Of a stretch of 56,495 bases of DNA, positions 1 to 8,596 are shown in pieces. Origin of the DNA: an uncultured Actinomycetota bacterium (lineage in GTDB: Bacteria > Actinomycetota > Humimicrobiia > Humimicrobiales > Humimicrobiaceae); NCBI GenBank assembly GCA_964392345.1, contig CAYMPQ010000002.1, positions 1 through 56,495 on the forward strand. Direction: 5' to 3'. Every line of letters begins with the position of its first letter. Position 1 is the first letter of the stretch. Both the position numbers and the translations under genes were made by a program. The notes beneath the pieces are model-generated. The model made no database searches, had not been told where the DNA came from, and saw only the letters and a program-made list of their open reading frames with translations.

Positions 1-457
1 CAGGTTCCACCAGTATTCCAAAAATCACATCATATTTTAGCTCTATCTTAAAGCTCATACTGAAGATCTTTTCTCTTAAACTGTCATTGACTCTACATTT
101 TAAAATTATCAAAACATCAATATCCGATTCTTCATCAAAATCGCCCCTTGCTTTTGAGCCGTAAAGAATAATTTCAGCATCTGGAAACCTTTCAAGCAAT
201 CTTTTTTTCAATTCCAGTAATGCCTTTTTTTCGTTCCATTTTAAATTCAGGTGATCTAAATCTTTAATTTTTTCCACCTTTATTTGTTTGCCGGCATTCA
301 TCATCCAGCTATCAATAGCTTCCCTTTTAAATCTCCACATTCCACCAATTTTAACACCTGGCAATTTTCCTTGTTTAGCAAGTTTGTAGACAGTTTTTTC
401 ATTAATCTTCAAATAAAGGGAGATGTCTCTGATAGTCATTATTTCATTGTTTTCCAT
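1..457 (-). CDS. Excisionase/MerR-type HTH domain fused to an MNT-type nucleotidyltransferase; the C-terminus runs off the left edge
   Basis: Own reverse-strand translation from the ATG (complement of 455-457) gives MENNEIMTIRDISLYLKINEKTVYKLAKQGKLPGVKIGGMWRFKREAIDSWM, an excisionase-like HTH. It continues without a stop into ...EIILYGSKARGDFDEESDIDVLIILK..., the GS...DxD nucleotidyltransferase motif. It is absent from the ORF track because there is no stop codon inside the window. Confidence 0.7.
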   Translation of the reverse strand, partial: MENNEIMTIRDISLYLKINEKTVYKLAKQGKLPGVKIGGMWRFKREAIDSWMMNAGKQIKVEKIKDLDHLNLKWNEKKALLELKKRLLERFPDAEIILYGSKARGDFDEESDIDVLIILKCRVNDSLREKIFSMSFKIELKYDVIFGILVEP

Positions 458-846
458 TTTAGCCTCTCTTTCAGATTTGCGCGGCAAGGTCTTTGTAGTC
501 TACTAAATATATAGAGAAAATTAGAGAAAGTCAAGGTAAAAATTAACTAATTTACCTTTTTTACGCAAAAGAGTATGGAACCACCTGGGGTCGCTTGATA
601 CTATAACAAAATTTGAATATAGCGGAAGCGGGGACAGCATGCTTCATATTTATAACATTAGCCTCACAAAAAAATGATTTTTAGTGCAGGCACATGCATA
701 TTGTGGTAAACTTCTTAAGTGCTTTTTGGTAATAAAAGCACGAAACCTTTGGAATTTAAAATCTACTGGTATGATTGCTGCGCTTGCCTAACCGCAAAGC
801 GAAACTATGGAAAATGAGTAACTACACGAAATAAAAGGAGAAAAAA

Positions 847-1644
847 TTGAATATCATTATTCTAATTAAACAGGTACCGGAAACAAGCAATGTAAAGATG
901 GATGAAGAGACTGGTACAATGATAAGGGATGGAGTGGAAAGCATTATCAATCCACTTGACCTTTATGCTATTGAAGTTGGAATTCAGCTAAAAGAAAAAT
1001 TTGGAGGGAAAATAACGGTAATTACTCTCGGTCCACCAGGTGCGGAGAAGGCTTTAAAGGAAGCAATTTCTATGGGATGCGATGAAGGTGTATTAATATC
1101 AGGAAGAGAATTTAAAGGTTCAGATACCTGGGCCACTTCTTATGCATTGGCTGAAGCTATAAAAAAGATAGAAAATTATGACTTAGTTTTAGCAGGTGAG
1201 CGTGCAACTGATGGCGATACTGGCCAAGTTGGTCCCGGTGTTGCTTCATTTTTAAATCTTGCCCTTGTTACCTACATAAGTAAGATTGTTGAAGTCTCCT
1301 ATAAAAATATTATAGTGGAAAGGCTTGTAGAAGATGGTTATGAAATCTTAAAGGCGCCGCTGCCAGCTCTGCTGACTATGGTTAAGGAAATAAGCTTTCC
1401 GCGTCTTCCTACATTACGTGGAAAACAGAAGGCTAAAAAGACTGAAATTCCTGTATGGTCAACAGAAAATATGGAACTGGACAAATCAAAGCTTGGGCTG
1501 AAAGGTTCACCAACAAGAGTTGTAAAAATTGGTCACCCCAGGGTTACTCGGAATGGCACAATTGTAAAAGCAACTGACGATGAAAGCATTTCAGAAGCTA
1601 TTGACAGATTATTAAAATTTATGCGGGAAAAAGAATTAATTTAA
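847..1644 (+). CDS. etfB: Electron transfer flavoprotein beta subunit
   Basis: 265 aa beginning MNIIILIKQVPETSNVKMDEETGTMIRDGVESIINPLD, typical of EtfB. An aaaaggag RBS lies upstream, and the gene is followed directly by etfA. Confidence 0.9.
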   Translation: MNIIILIKQVPETSNVKMDEETGTMIRDGVESIINPLDLYAIEVGIQLKEKFGGKITVITLGPPGAEKALKEAISMGCDEGVLISGREFKGSDTWATSYALAEAIKKIENYDLVLAGERATDGDTGQVGPGVASFLNLALVTYISKIVEVSYKNIIVERLVEDGYEILKAPLPALLTMVKEISFPRLPTLRGKQKAKKTEIPVWSTENMELDKSKLGLKGSPTRVVKIGHPRVTRNGTIVKATDDESISEAIDRLLKFMREKELI

Positions 1645-1657
1645 GGAGGGCAATAAG

Positions 1658-2659
1658 ATGAGCTATCGCGGTGTATGGACCATAGCTGAGGAAAGCCGGG
1701 GGAAAATAAAAGAAGTATCTTATGAACTTTTGGCGCGAGGGAGAAAATTAGCTGATAAATTAGGAGTAGAGCTGGCATCAGTGCTGCTTGGCAGCAATAT
1801 AAGCGAGTCTGAACTCAAGCAGCTTATCTATAGGGGGGCAGATAAGGTATATGTTGTAGATGCCCCTGAGCTGGAAAACTTTATTGCAGAAAATTATAGC
1901 AATGTACTGGTTGATTTAATTAATAAATATAAGCCCGAGATTATAATTGCAGGGGCGACAACGAGCGGCAGGACTTTGATGCCGCATGTATCTGTCCGGG
2001 TTAATGCCGGACTTACTGCTGATTGTACCGAACTTGACATAGAGCAAGAAACAAAAAATTTATTGCAGACAAGACCTGCTATAGGCGGCAATATTTTGGC
2101 AACAATTAAAACACCCAACAACAGGCCCCAAATGGCTACAGTAAGAGTAAAATCTTCCAAGCCGGCTCCAATTGATAAGAGCAGAAGTGGAGAGATAATA
2201 AATATCAAGCTCAAGCAAGAGCTGATTGATGGGAGGGTGGAAAGAATAGGATTTAGGAAAGCTGAAGGTGAAACCGTAGGTATTCAGGACGCAGATGTTG
2301 TAGTGGCAGGCGGAAGAGGTTTAAAAAAAGGAGAGAACTTTACACTAATCCGGGAACTTGCAGAAAAATTGGGCGGAGTTGTTGGTGCATCCAGGGATGC
2401 TGTTGACAGGGGCTGGGTGTCTTACCCGCACCAAGTAGGCTTAAGCGGCAAGACCATATCTCCAAAATTGTATATAGCGATTGGCATTTCAGGGGCAATT
2501 CAGCATTTAGCCGGTATAAAAACTGCAGATACTGTTGTCGCAATAAACAGTGATCCAGATGCGCAGATTTTTAAAGTGTCGGACTTCGGAATCGTAGGGG
2601 ATCTGTTTGAGGTCATACCTCTGTTAAATGAAAGATTGGCGAAGAGGGGGGACAAGTAA
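1658..2659 (+). CDS. etfA: Electron transfer flavoprotein alpha subunit
   Basis: 333 aa with the C-terminal FAD-binding signature PKLYIAIGISGAIQHLAGI. An aaggagg RBS is present and the gene is adjacent to etfB. Confidence 0.9.
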   Translation: MSYRGVWTIAEESRGKIKEVSYELLARGRKLADKLGVELASVLLGSNISESELKQLIYRGADKVYVVDAPELENFIAENYSNVLVDLINKYKPEIIIAGATTSGRTLMPHVSVRVNAGLTADCTELDIEQETKNLLQTRPAIGGNILATIKTPNNRPQMATVRVKSSKPAPIDKSRSGEIINIKLKQELIDGRVERIGFRKAEGETVGIQDADVVVAGGRGLKKGENFTLIRELAEKLGGVVGASRDAVDRGWVSYPHQVGLSGKTISPKLYIAIGISGAIQHLAGIKTADTVVAINSDPDAQIFKVSDFGIVGDLFEVIPLLNERLAKRGDK

Positions 2660-2660
2660 C

Positions 2661-4079
2661 ATGAAATATAATCCAGTAACAAATAAAATCATAGCTAAGC
2701 TGGTTAAAATTGCTGGCAGTAAAAATGTCTTAACTGATAAGGAAAAAATAGAGGCTTACTCACATGATGAGATGCCAAAGGAACAATACGCACACATGCC
2801 AGAAGTTGTAGTAACACCTGAAACAGCAGAGGAAATAGCAGAGATTGTTAAACTGGCTAACAAGGAGCTGATACCAGTTACTCCGCGCGGCGCAGGCAGC
2901 GGACTATCAGGCGGCGCCATACCTGTTTTTGGCGGTATTGTAGTTTCTGTTGAAAAGATGAATAAGGTTTTGGAAATAGATTATGAAAATATGGTAATGG
3001 TTCTGGAACCGGGTGTGGTTACAAATGATGTGAACGAACTTATTGCAGAGAGAAATTTGTTTTATGCAGGCTATCCTATGAGTCTGGAAACCTGTTTTAT
3101 AGGCGGCAATGTAGCTGAAAATGCAGGAGGCGGCAAAGCTATCAAATACGGTGTTACGGGCCGGTATATTTTAGGATTGGAAATAGTTACTCCGGCAGGT
3201 GAGATAATTCAGTTTGGCGGTAAACTTGTCAAGGATGTTGTTGGATATAATATAAAGCAGTTGATAATAGGATCAGAGGGAACTTTAGGGATTGTGACCA
3301 AAGTAATTGTTAAACTATCACCGCTGCCAAAATATAAAGTGGATTTGCTCGTTTTATTTAAAGATGTCAAATCTGCTATTTCTATGGTTTCGCGGATACT
3401 TACAAAAACAGGAATAACTCCTACTTCTATTGAATTTATGGATAAGCTGTCTGTCCAAACATCATGCAAGTATTTAAACGAGCATCTCCCATACCAAAAA
3501 GCAGGCGCTATGCTGCTGATAGAAGTTGATGGCAACCGCGAAGACCATGTTAGCGATGATGCTGAAACTATTGGAGAACTATGTCTTGAAAATGGAGCAA
3601 TAGAAGTCTATGTGGCAGATAATTACACTACCCAGGAAAGAATTTGGAGTGTGAGACGTAATATTGCTGAAGCCTTTAAAGTAGTGAGTCCCCATCAGAG
3701 TTTGGAGGATATTGTAGTGCCGATAGCATATATTCCTGATTTAATGCCTGAGATTGCTCTAATTTCTAAAAAATATGATATTCAGATTCCATGTTATGGC
3801 CACGCCGGTGATGGAAATCTGCATGCAACTCTTGTAAAAAATCCTAAGAGCACCATGGAAGATTGGTATGAGATTGAGGTAAAAAGTTTAAAAGAATTAT
3901 ATGAAGCAGCGATAAAGCTCGACGGCACTATAAGCGGCGAGCATGGCATTGGCTCCAAGCGAAAAGATTTTATGGAAATTGCGGTAAGCAAAAATGAACT
4001 GGATTTAATGCGTAGAATTAAAAAAGCTTTTGATCCTAATGGCATCATGAACCCAGGAAAGATATTTGATATGGAATAG
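2661..4079 (+). CDS. FAD-linked oxidase (GlcD / D-lactate dehydrogenase family)
   Basis: Contains a PCMH-type FAD-binding region (PVTPRGAGSGLSGGAIP) and an FAD-oxidase C-terminal domain (GEHGIGSKRKDFM). I prefer the ATG at 2661 (MKYNPVT), 2 nt after the etfA stop, over the track start at 2628. Confidence 0.85.
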   Translation: MKYNPVTNKIIAKLVKIAGSKNVLTDKEKIEAYSHDEMPKEQYAHMPEVVVTPETAEEIAEIVKLANKELIPVTPRGAGSGLSGGAIPVFGGIVVSVEKMNKVLEIDYENMVMVLEPGVVTNDVNELIAERNLFYAGYPMSLETCFIGGNVAENAGGGKAIKYGVTGRYILGLEIVTPAGEIIQFGGKLVKDVVGYNIKQLIIGSEGTLGIVTKVIVKLSPLPKYKVDLLVLFKDVKSAISMVSRILTKTGITPTSIEFMDKLSVQTSCKYLNEHLPYQKAGAMLLIEVDGNREDHVSDDAETIGELCLENGAIEVYVADNYTTQERIWSVRRNIAEAFKVVSPHQSLEDIVVPIAYIPDLMPEIALISKKYDIQIPCYGHAGDGNLHATLVKNPKSTMEDWYEIEVKSLKELYEAAIKLDGTISGEHGIGSKRKDFMEIAVSKNELDLMRRIKKAFDPNGIMNPGKIFDME

Positions 4080-4107
4080 TGGAACAGGAAGGTCTTATTT
4101 ATAATAT

Positions 4108-4578
4108 TTATTTTACCGAGAATTCTTTAATTTCTTCCAGCTTATCATTTAGATAAACTTCGGCGCTGTATCTTCCCGGCGGGAAACCTTCAGCTATTTT
4201 AATATTAAACGCGAAATAGCCTGAACCGGGGTTTTCTGTTGTAAGTTCCTGAATATCTATCTCCTTGCTGATTTCAAGGTAGTTCCACACAACACGCAGT
4301 TTGTCTTCTGGCGTAAAGTCTGTAATTTTAACAGATAGATAAATAGCTGCGGTATCAGGCGGAAAGACATTTGTGACATTAGAAGGTGCAGAGTTTTCGT
4401 CAACTTTTTTACAGATAGCAACCTCTTTAATTGAAGCTGGTTCACTGCTTATAACGTCATGTACTTTTTCCTTAATTTGAGTTGTTCTGCCGGCGCATCC
4501 TGTAAGCATCAGAGAAATAAATAATGCAGTGAGAGTAAAAAACAATACTCTGTTAAAAACAAATGTTCTATTTTTCAT
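4108..4578 (-). CDS. Lipoprotein of unknown function
   Basis: The N-terminal signal peptide ends in the lipobox LTGC (MKNRTFVFNRVLFFTLTALFISLMLTGCAG). No other motif was recognised. Confidence 0.6.
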   Translation of the reverse strand: MKNRTFVFNRVLFFTLTALFISLMLTGCAGRTTQIKEKVHDVISSEPASIKEVAICKKVDENSAPSNVTNVFPPDTAAIYLSVKITDFTPEDKLRVVWNYLEISKEIDIQELTTENPGSGYFAFNIKIAEGFPPGRYSAEVYLNDKLEEIKEFSVK

Positions 4579-4742
4579 ATACTACTCTTCTTGCTTTTTT
4601 ACGGTTTTTGCTAACTAGCAGGCTGTTTTATTGTAAAATAATAATATAAGAAAAATAAATTTATGTAAATGGTGCTGTTAAAATCTGTAATATATTGAGT
4701 TATAATATCTGTAATGTATTACGGATAGTCAGTGGGCTTATT

Positions 4743-4910
4743 GTGATAACATATCCGAGAGAAGAAATTATATCTTCCAGTAAAACAGCAAAAATTTTAG
4801 GTTTAGTTTTGTCTAATTTAAAAACAGGAAAACTCAGTAGAGCAGTGATATCAAGAAACAATAAACTTGAGGCTGTAATTTTACCAATTGAATATAAAGG
4901 AAGCATATGA
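4743..4910 (+). pseudogene. Possible Phd/YefM-type antitoxin relic, frameshifted and without a partner toxin
   Basis: The translation ...IISSSKTAKILGLVLSNLKTGKLSRAVISRNNKLEAVILPIEY resembles a Phd/YefM N-terminal domain. The expected continuation KEAYELIEHIEIYK appears in the next frame (ORF 4888..), implying an extra G near 4888-4889. Confidence 0.3.
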
Positions 4911-4958
4911 GTTAATAGAGCATATAGAGATTTATAAAATAAATTTTTGGAAAGAGAT

Positions 4959-5678
4959 ATGGAAAATAGTACAAAAAGAGAAAAGCTTAAAGAATTTTAT
5001 TTTCAAATCAAGGACTGCAAAAAATGCGAGCTTTACAAGAGCAGGACTAAATTTGTTTTTGGCAGCGGCTGTGCTGATGCACCTGTCATTTTTGTAGGCG
5101 AAGCTCCCGGCAAAAATGAAGATATCCAGGGCAAACCTTTTGTGGGACAGGCAGGCAAATTACTTGATAAGCTGCTTTTTTCAATTGGTTTTGAAAGAAA
5201 TCAGATTTTTATAGCAAATGTCCTAAAATGCAGGCCGCCGGGAAACAGGGATCCGAGAGTTGATGAAATAAATATATGCAAAGAGCATCTTTCCAGGCAG
5301 ATAGAAATAATAGATCCAAAGATAATCTGCACAATGGGCAAATTTTCTACACAGCTTCTGCTCGATACTTCAGCAGGAATAACCAATCTCAGGGGGAAAG
5401 TTTTTAGAATTGGAGGCAGAATTATTCTTCCGATAAATCATCCGGCAGCTGCTCTGTATACACCATCAAGAATGTCAATACTGATGGAAGATTTTCAAAA
5501 GATAAAGGGCCTGCTTAATTCAGGTGCAGAGCCGAAGGAAGATGAGGGTAGTGCTGAAAAAAAGAAGAACATTCCCAGAAGATCTGCCGCAAGTACATTG
5601 AGCATAAATGAAGCAGGCAGCAGCAGTACTGACGTGGGCAATGGCAACAATAAAAGTGAACAGTTAGGTCTTTTTTAA
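4959..5678 (+). CDS. Uracil-DNA glycosylase, family 4
   Basis: Motifs CKKCELYKSRTKFVFGSG ... VGEAPGKNEDIQGKPFVGQAGKLLDKLL ... HPAAALY. The C-terminal tail of about 50 aa is low complexity. The ATG at 4959 is preferred over the TTG at 4947. Confidence 0.85.
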   Translation: MENSTKREKLKEFYFQIKDCKKCELYKSRTKFVFGSGCADAPVIFVGEAPGKNEDIQGKPFVGQAGKLLDKLLFSIGFERNQIFIANVLKCRPPGNRDPRVDEINICKEHLSRQIEIIDPKIICTMGKFSTQLLLDTSAGITNLRGKVFRIGGRIILPINHPAAALYTPSRMSILMEDFQKIKGLLNSGAEPKEDEGSAEKKKNIPRRSAASTLSINEAGSSSTDVGNGNNKSEQLGLF

Positions 5679-6206
5679 ATGCAACTAAAAATTACTTCAA
5701 ATTCTGCAGTATTCACTAAAAAATTAGGTAAAAATTTCTCAAAAATTATTTCTAACGGAGATATTATCCTATTTTCAGGCGAGCTTGGTGGGGGCAAAAC
5801 AACTTTTATTTCCGGGCTGGCCAAAGGATTGGGCATAAGAGAAAATATTTCAAGTCCAAGTTTTACCATACTTAATGTATATAATACTCACAGGAAAAAT
5901 AAATTAGTACATGCAGATTTTTATCGTTTAGAAAATATTGAAGATATAGCGGAAATTGGTGTTGAAGATTATTTATATGACAAGCGTGCAGTAGTCTGCA
6001 TAGAGTGGGGAGATAAAATAAGAAAATATATTGACAGGGACTGTCTTGAAGTAGAAATAAGTTATTTATTTGCAGATGATGGAAGCGATAGTTTAAATAA
6101 TTTAGACAGGAGGCTTGTCACTTTTAAAAGTTTTAGCCAGTATTGGGATAACAAATTAACAAAATTTATGGCAAGATTTAAATATGATGAATATTTTAGG
6201 GATTGA
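5679..6206 (+). CDS. tsaE: tRNA t6A37 biosynthesis ATPase TsaE
   Basis: P-loop GELGGGKTTF, the small size (175 aa), and the position ahead of tsaB and tsaD. Confidence 0.85.
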   Translation: MQLKITSNSAVFTKKLGKNFSKIISNGDIILFSGELGGGKTTFISGLAKGLGIRENISSPSFTILNVYNTHRKNKLVHADFYRLENIEDIAEIGVEDYLYDKRAVVCIEWGDKIRKYIDRDCLEVEISYLFADDGSDSLNNLDRRLVTFKSFSQYWDNKLTKFMARFKYDEYFRD

Positions 6207-7023
6207 CAGCAGCAGCAGGAATTTAAGCGCGGCAGTAAACAGAGATGATAAATTGTTGTCTGAGGTGATAAATCATGAAAGTTCAAAGCACATGGTAAAC
6301 ATAATTAAGTTTACGGATAAAGCTTTGTGCAAGGCAGGCCTTTCCATAAAAGATGTAGATGTTTTTGGAGTTAATCTTGGGCCGGGAGACTTTACCGGCA
6401 CAAGGATAGGGGCCAGTGTTATAAAAACATTGTCATGGGTAGAAAAAAAGTGTGCTTACGGAATAAATTCCCTTGATGTTCACGCAGTGATGTGTGCCTT
6501 TAAAAATAAAAATACAATAGCAAAGAATTTACTTAATGGCAGGCCCGTGACAATAGCTCCTTGCCTGGATGTTAAGAGAAGCGAAGTTTACTTTTCTTTT
6601 TATGGTATTTCAGAAGACGAAAATGATGTTTGCCATAAATCAGAAAAGAAGATTATAGCCAGTATGATAATTGGAGCGAAGAAATATAATATAAAAAGAA
6701 TTGGAGATTACCACTTGGCTAACAAGGATGAACTGATAGAGAAATTCAATATTTTTTTTGAAAACGAAGTTTTAAAAATACAGAGTAAGGAAATAGCACA
6801 TGTAAATCCTGCAGTAATTGTTTGCGGCAGCTCCTACGCCAGCCATAGAAGCACAATGCTGGACTTAATCAGGAGCAGCAGCAGCTTTATTCTGGACAAG
6901 AGGTTGCTTTATTCTCAGGCAAGGTATGTGAATTTGTGCTCTTACTTTAATGCTTTAGAAAAAGTGGAACTCAAAAATCTCGCTCCTGTTTATGTAAGAG
7001 ATTTTGTACCTTTTGGAAATTAA
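6184..7023 (+). CDS. tsaB: tRNA t6A37 biosynthesis protein TsaB
   Basis: N-terminus ILGIDSSS in an ASKHA fold, lying between tsaE and tsaD. It overlaps the tsaE end by 23 nt. Confidence 0.8.
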   Translation: MMNILGIDSSSRNLSAAVNRDDKLLSEVINHESSKHMVNIIKFTDKALCKAGLSIKDVDVFGVNLGPGDFTGTRIGASVIKTLSWVEKKCAYGINSLDVHAVMCAFKNKNTIAKNLLNGRPVTIAPCLDVKRSEVYFSFYGISEDENDVCHKSEKKIIASMIIGAKKYNIKRIGDYHLANKDELIEKFNIFFENEVLKIQSKEIAHVNPAVIVCGSSYASHRSTMLDLIRSSSSFILDKRLLYSQARYVNLCSYFNALEKVELKNLAPVYVRDFVPFGN

Positions 7024-7025
7024 GA

Positions 7026-8090
7026 ATGAAAAACGGCGGCATCTTAAATATTATGAGTATTGAGGAAAAAGAAAATAAAAAAGACATTTATATATTAGGT
7101 ATTGAAACATCATGCGATGATACATGTGCTTCTATGGTAAAAAATGGTTCAGTGATATTATCCAGCGTAGTATCATCTCAGGATGAGATCCACAGAAAAT
7201 ATGGAGGAATAGTTCCTGAGATTGCATCAAGGAAACATATTGAAGTTATAGACATTATAATAAAAGAAGCAATAAATAAGTCGGGCATAGATATTAGCTC
7301 TATAAATGCAGTCAGTGTTACCAATAGGCCCGGGCTGATTGGTTCGCTTCTTGTTGGCGTAGGCGCAGCAAAGGCTATATGCTATGCAAGGAATATACCG
7401 CTTATTGCAGTAAATCACCTTAAGGCTCATATTTATTCAAATGTTCTGGCACATCCCAATATAAGAGGAGGGTTTATCGGGCTTGTAGTTTCAGGCGGCC
7501 ATTCAAGCTTATACCTGATGGATAACGATAAGTGCAGCATGAAGCTTGTAGGGCAAACTGTGGATGATGCGGTTGGTGAAGCATTTGATAAAATTGCAAG
7601 GTATCTAAACCTTGGTTATCCCGGAGGGCCGATAATTGATAAATTATCTAAAAGCGGCAATTCTGATTACATTGATTTTCCGAGACCTATGATAAATAGC
7701 GGAGACTTTAATTTTAGCTTTAGCGGACTTAAAACTTCTCTTATCTATCGTACAAAAAAAGATAAAAAACTAATGCACAAGGAAAATATACCAGATCTTG
7801 TAGCAAGTTTTCAGAAAGCCGCGGTAGATGTGCTGGTTGAAAAAACTATTAGGGCATGCAGGAAGTACGGGATGGATAAGATTTTAGTTAGCGGGGGAGT
7901 GGCTGCAAATAGCAGGCTTAGAGAAGAGTTTACAAAAAGGTGCAGCAGTAATAATATATCTGTTTATATTCCGCCGCTTTCAATGTGTATGGACAACGCT
8001 GCAATGGTAGCTTGCCTTGGCTACTATGAATATTTGAAGGGGAATTTCAGCAGCCTTGATGTTGATGTTTATTCAAGGACAGATCAATAG
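7026..8090 (+). CDS. tsaD: tRNA N6-adenosine threonylcarbamoyltransferase TsaD
   Basis: Motifs GIETSCDDT, SGGHS and SGGVAAN. An alternative start lies at 7056 (MSIEEKEN). Confidence 0.9.
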   Translation: MKNGGILNIMSIEEKENKKDIYILGIETSCDDTCASMVKNGSVILSSVVSSQDEIHRKYGGIVPEIASRKHIEVIDIIIKEAINKSGIDISSINAVSVTNRPGLIGSLLVGVGAAKAICYARNIPLIAVNHLKAHIYSNVLAHPNIRGGFIGLVVSGGHSSLYLMDNDKCSMKLVGQTVDDAVGEAFDKIARYLNLGYPGGPIIDKLSKSGNSDYIDFPRPMINSGDFNFSFSGLKTSLIYRTKKDKKLMHKENIPDLVASFQKAAVDVLVEKTIRACRKYGMDKILVSGGVAANSRLREEFTKRCSSNNISVYIPPLSMCMDNAAMVACLGYYEYLKGNFSSLDVDVYSRTDQ

Positions 8091-8159
8091 TTTTGTAAGC
8101 CTGACTGTGGGCATGTTTAGTAGTTCGTATTTCTGTAGAAAAATTTTTTTTAATTAATC

Positions 8160-8188
8160 TTGATTTTTTAGTTTTCATGTATTATTAT
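8160..8188 (+). promoter_or_regulatory. Sigma-A-type promoter of groESL
   Basis: TTGATT at 8160-8165, a 17-nt spacer, then TATTAT at 8183-8188, immediately upstream of the CIRCE operator. Confidence 0.55.
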
Positions 8189-8196
8189 CTTTAAAG

Positions 8197-8223
8197 TTAG
8201 CAGTCTAGTAGTTAGAGTGCTAA
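8197..8223 (+). promoter_or_regulatory. CIRCE operator (HrcA binding site)
   Basis: TTAGCAGTC-N9-GAGTGCTAA compared with the consensus TTAGCACTC-N9-GAGTGCTAA. It lies 56 nt upstream of groES, and hrcA is present in the window. Confidence 0.9.
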
Positions 8224-8278
8224 CTTATTATTATGATTATGCACAAATGTGTAAGTATTCTTAAAAAGGAGGTAAAAA

Positions 8279-8566
8279 ATGGGCTACAGACCACTTGGTG
8301 ACAGGTTGATAGTTAAACCAAAAGAGAGTGAAGAAAAAACCAAAAGCGGAATAGTTCTTCCAGATTCTGCTAAAGAGAAACCACAGGAAGGAAAGGTAAT
8401 TTCTGTAGGTAAAGGGGCTAAAGATGACAAGGGAAATATAATCCCTATGGAAGTAAAAAAAGGAGATGCAGTTTTGTATTCGAAGTACTCAGGAACGGAA
8501 GTAAAAATTGATGGCGAAGAACATTTAATAATAAAGGAAAGTGATGTTCTCGCAATTATAGAGTAA
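8279..8566 (+). CDS. groES: Co-chaperonin GroES
   Basis: 95 aa reading [14 protein letters not shown]...[21 protein letters not shown], with an aaggagg RBS. Confidence 0.95.
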   Translation: MGYRPLGDRLIVKPKESEEKTKSGIVLPDSAKEKPQEGKVISVGKGAKDDKGNIIPMEVKKGDAVLYSKYSGTEVKIDGEEHLIIKESDVLAIIE

Positions 8567-8596
8567 AAAATTTTTTAAAAAGGAGGATTGATAATA

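Noticed and set aside
284-514. Plus-strand ORF of 76 aa
   Set aside because: It lies antisense to the continuous HTH-nucleotidyltransferase reading frame on the minus strand. It has no motifs and a low-complexity composition, so it is a shadow ORF.
534-562. Terminator-like hairpin (AGGTAAA-N10-TTTACCT plus T6) on the plus strand
   Set aside because: No plus-strand gene lies upstream for it to terminate. It sits in the divergent promoter region between the HTH-MNT gene and etfB. Its function is undetermined, so it is not annotated.
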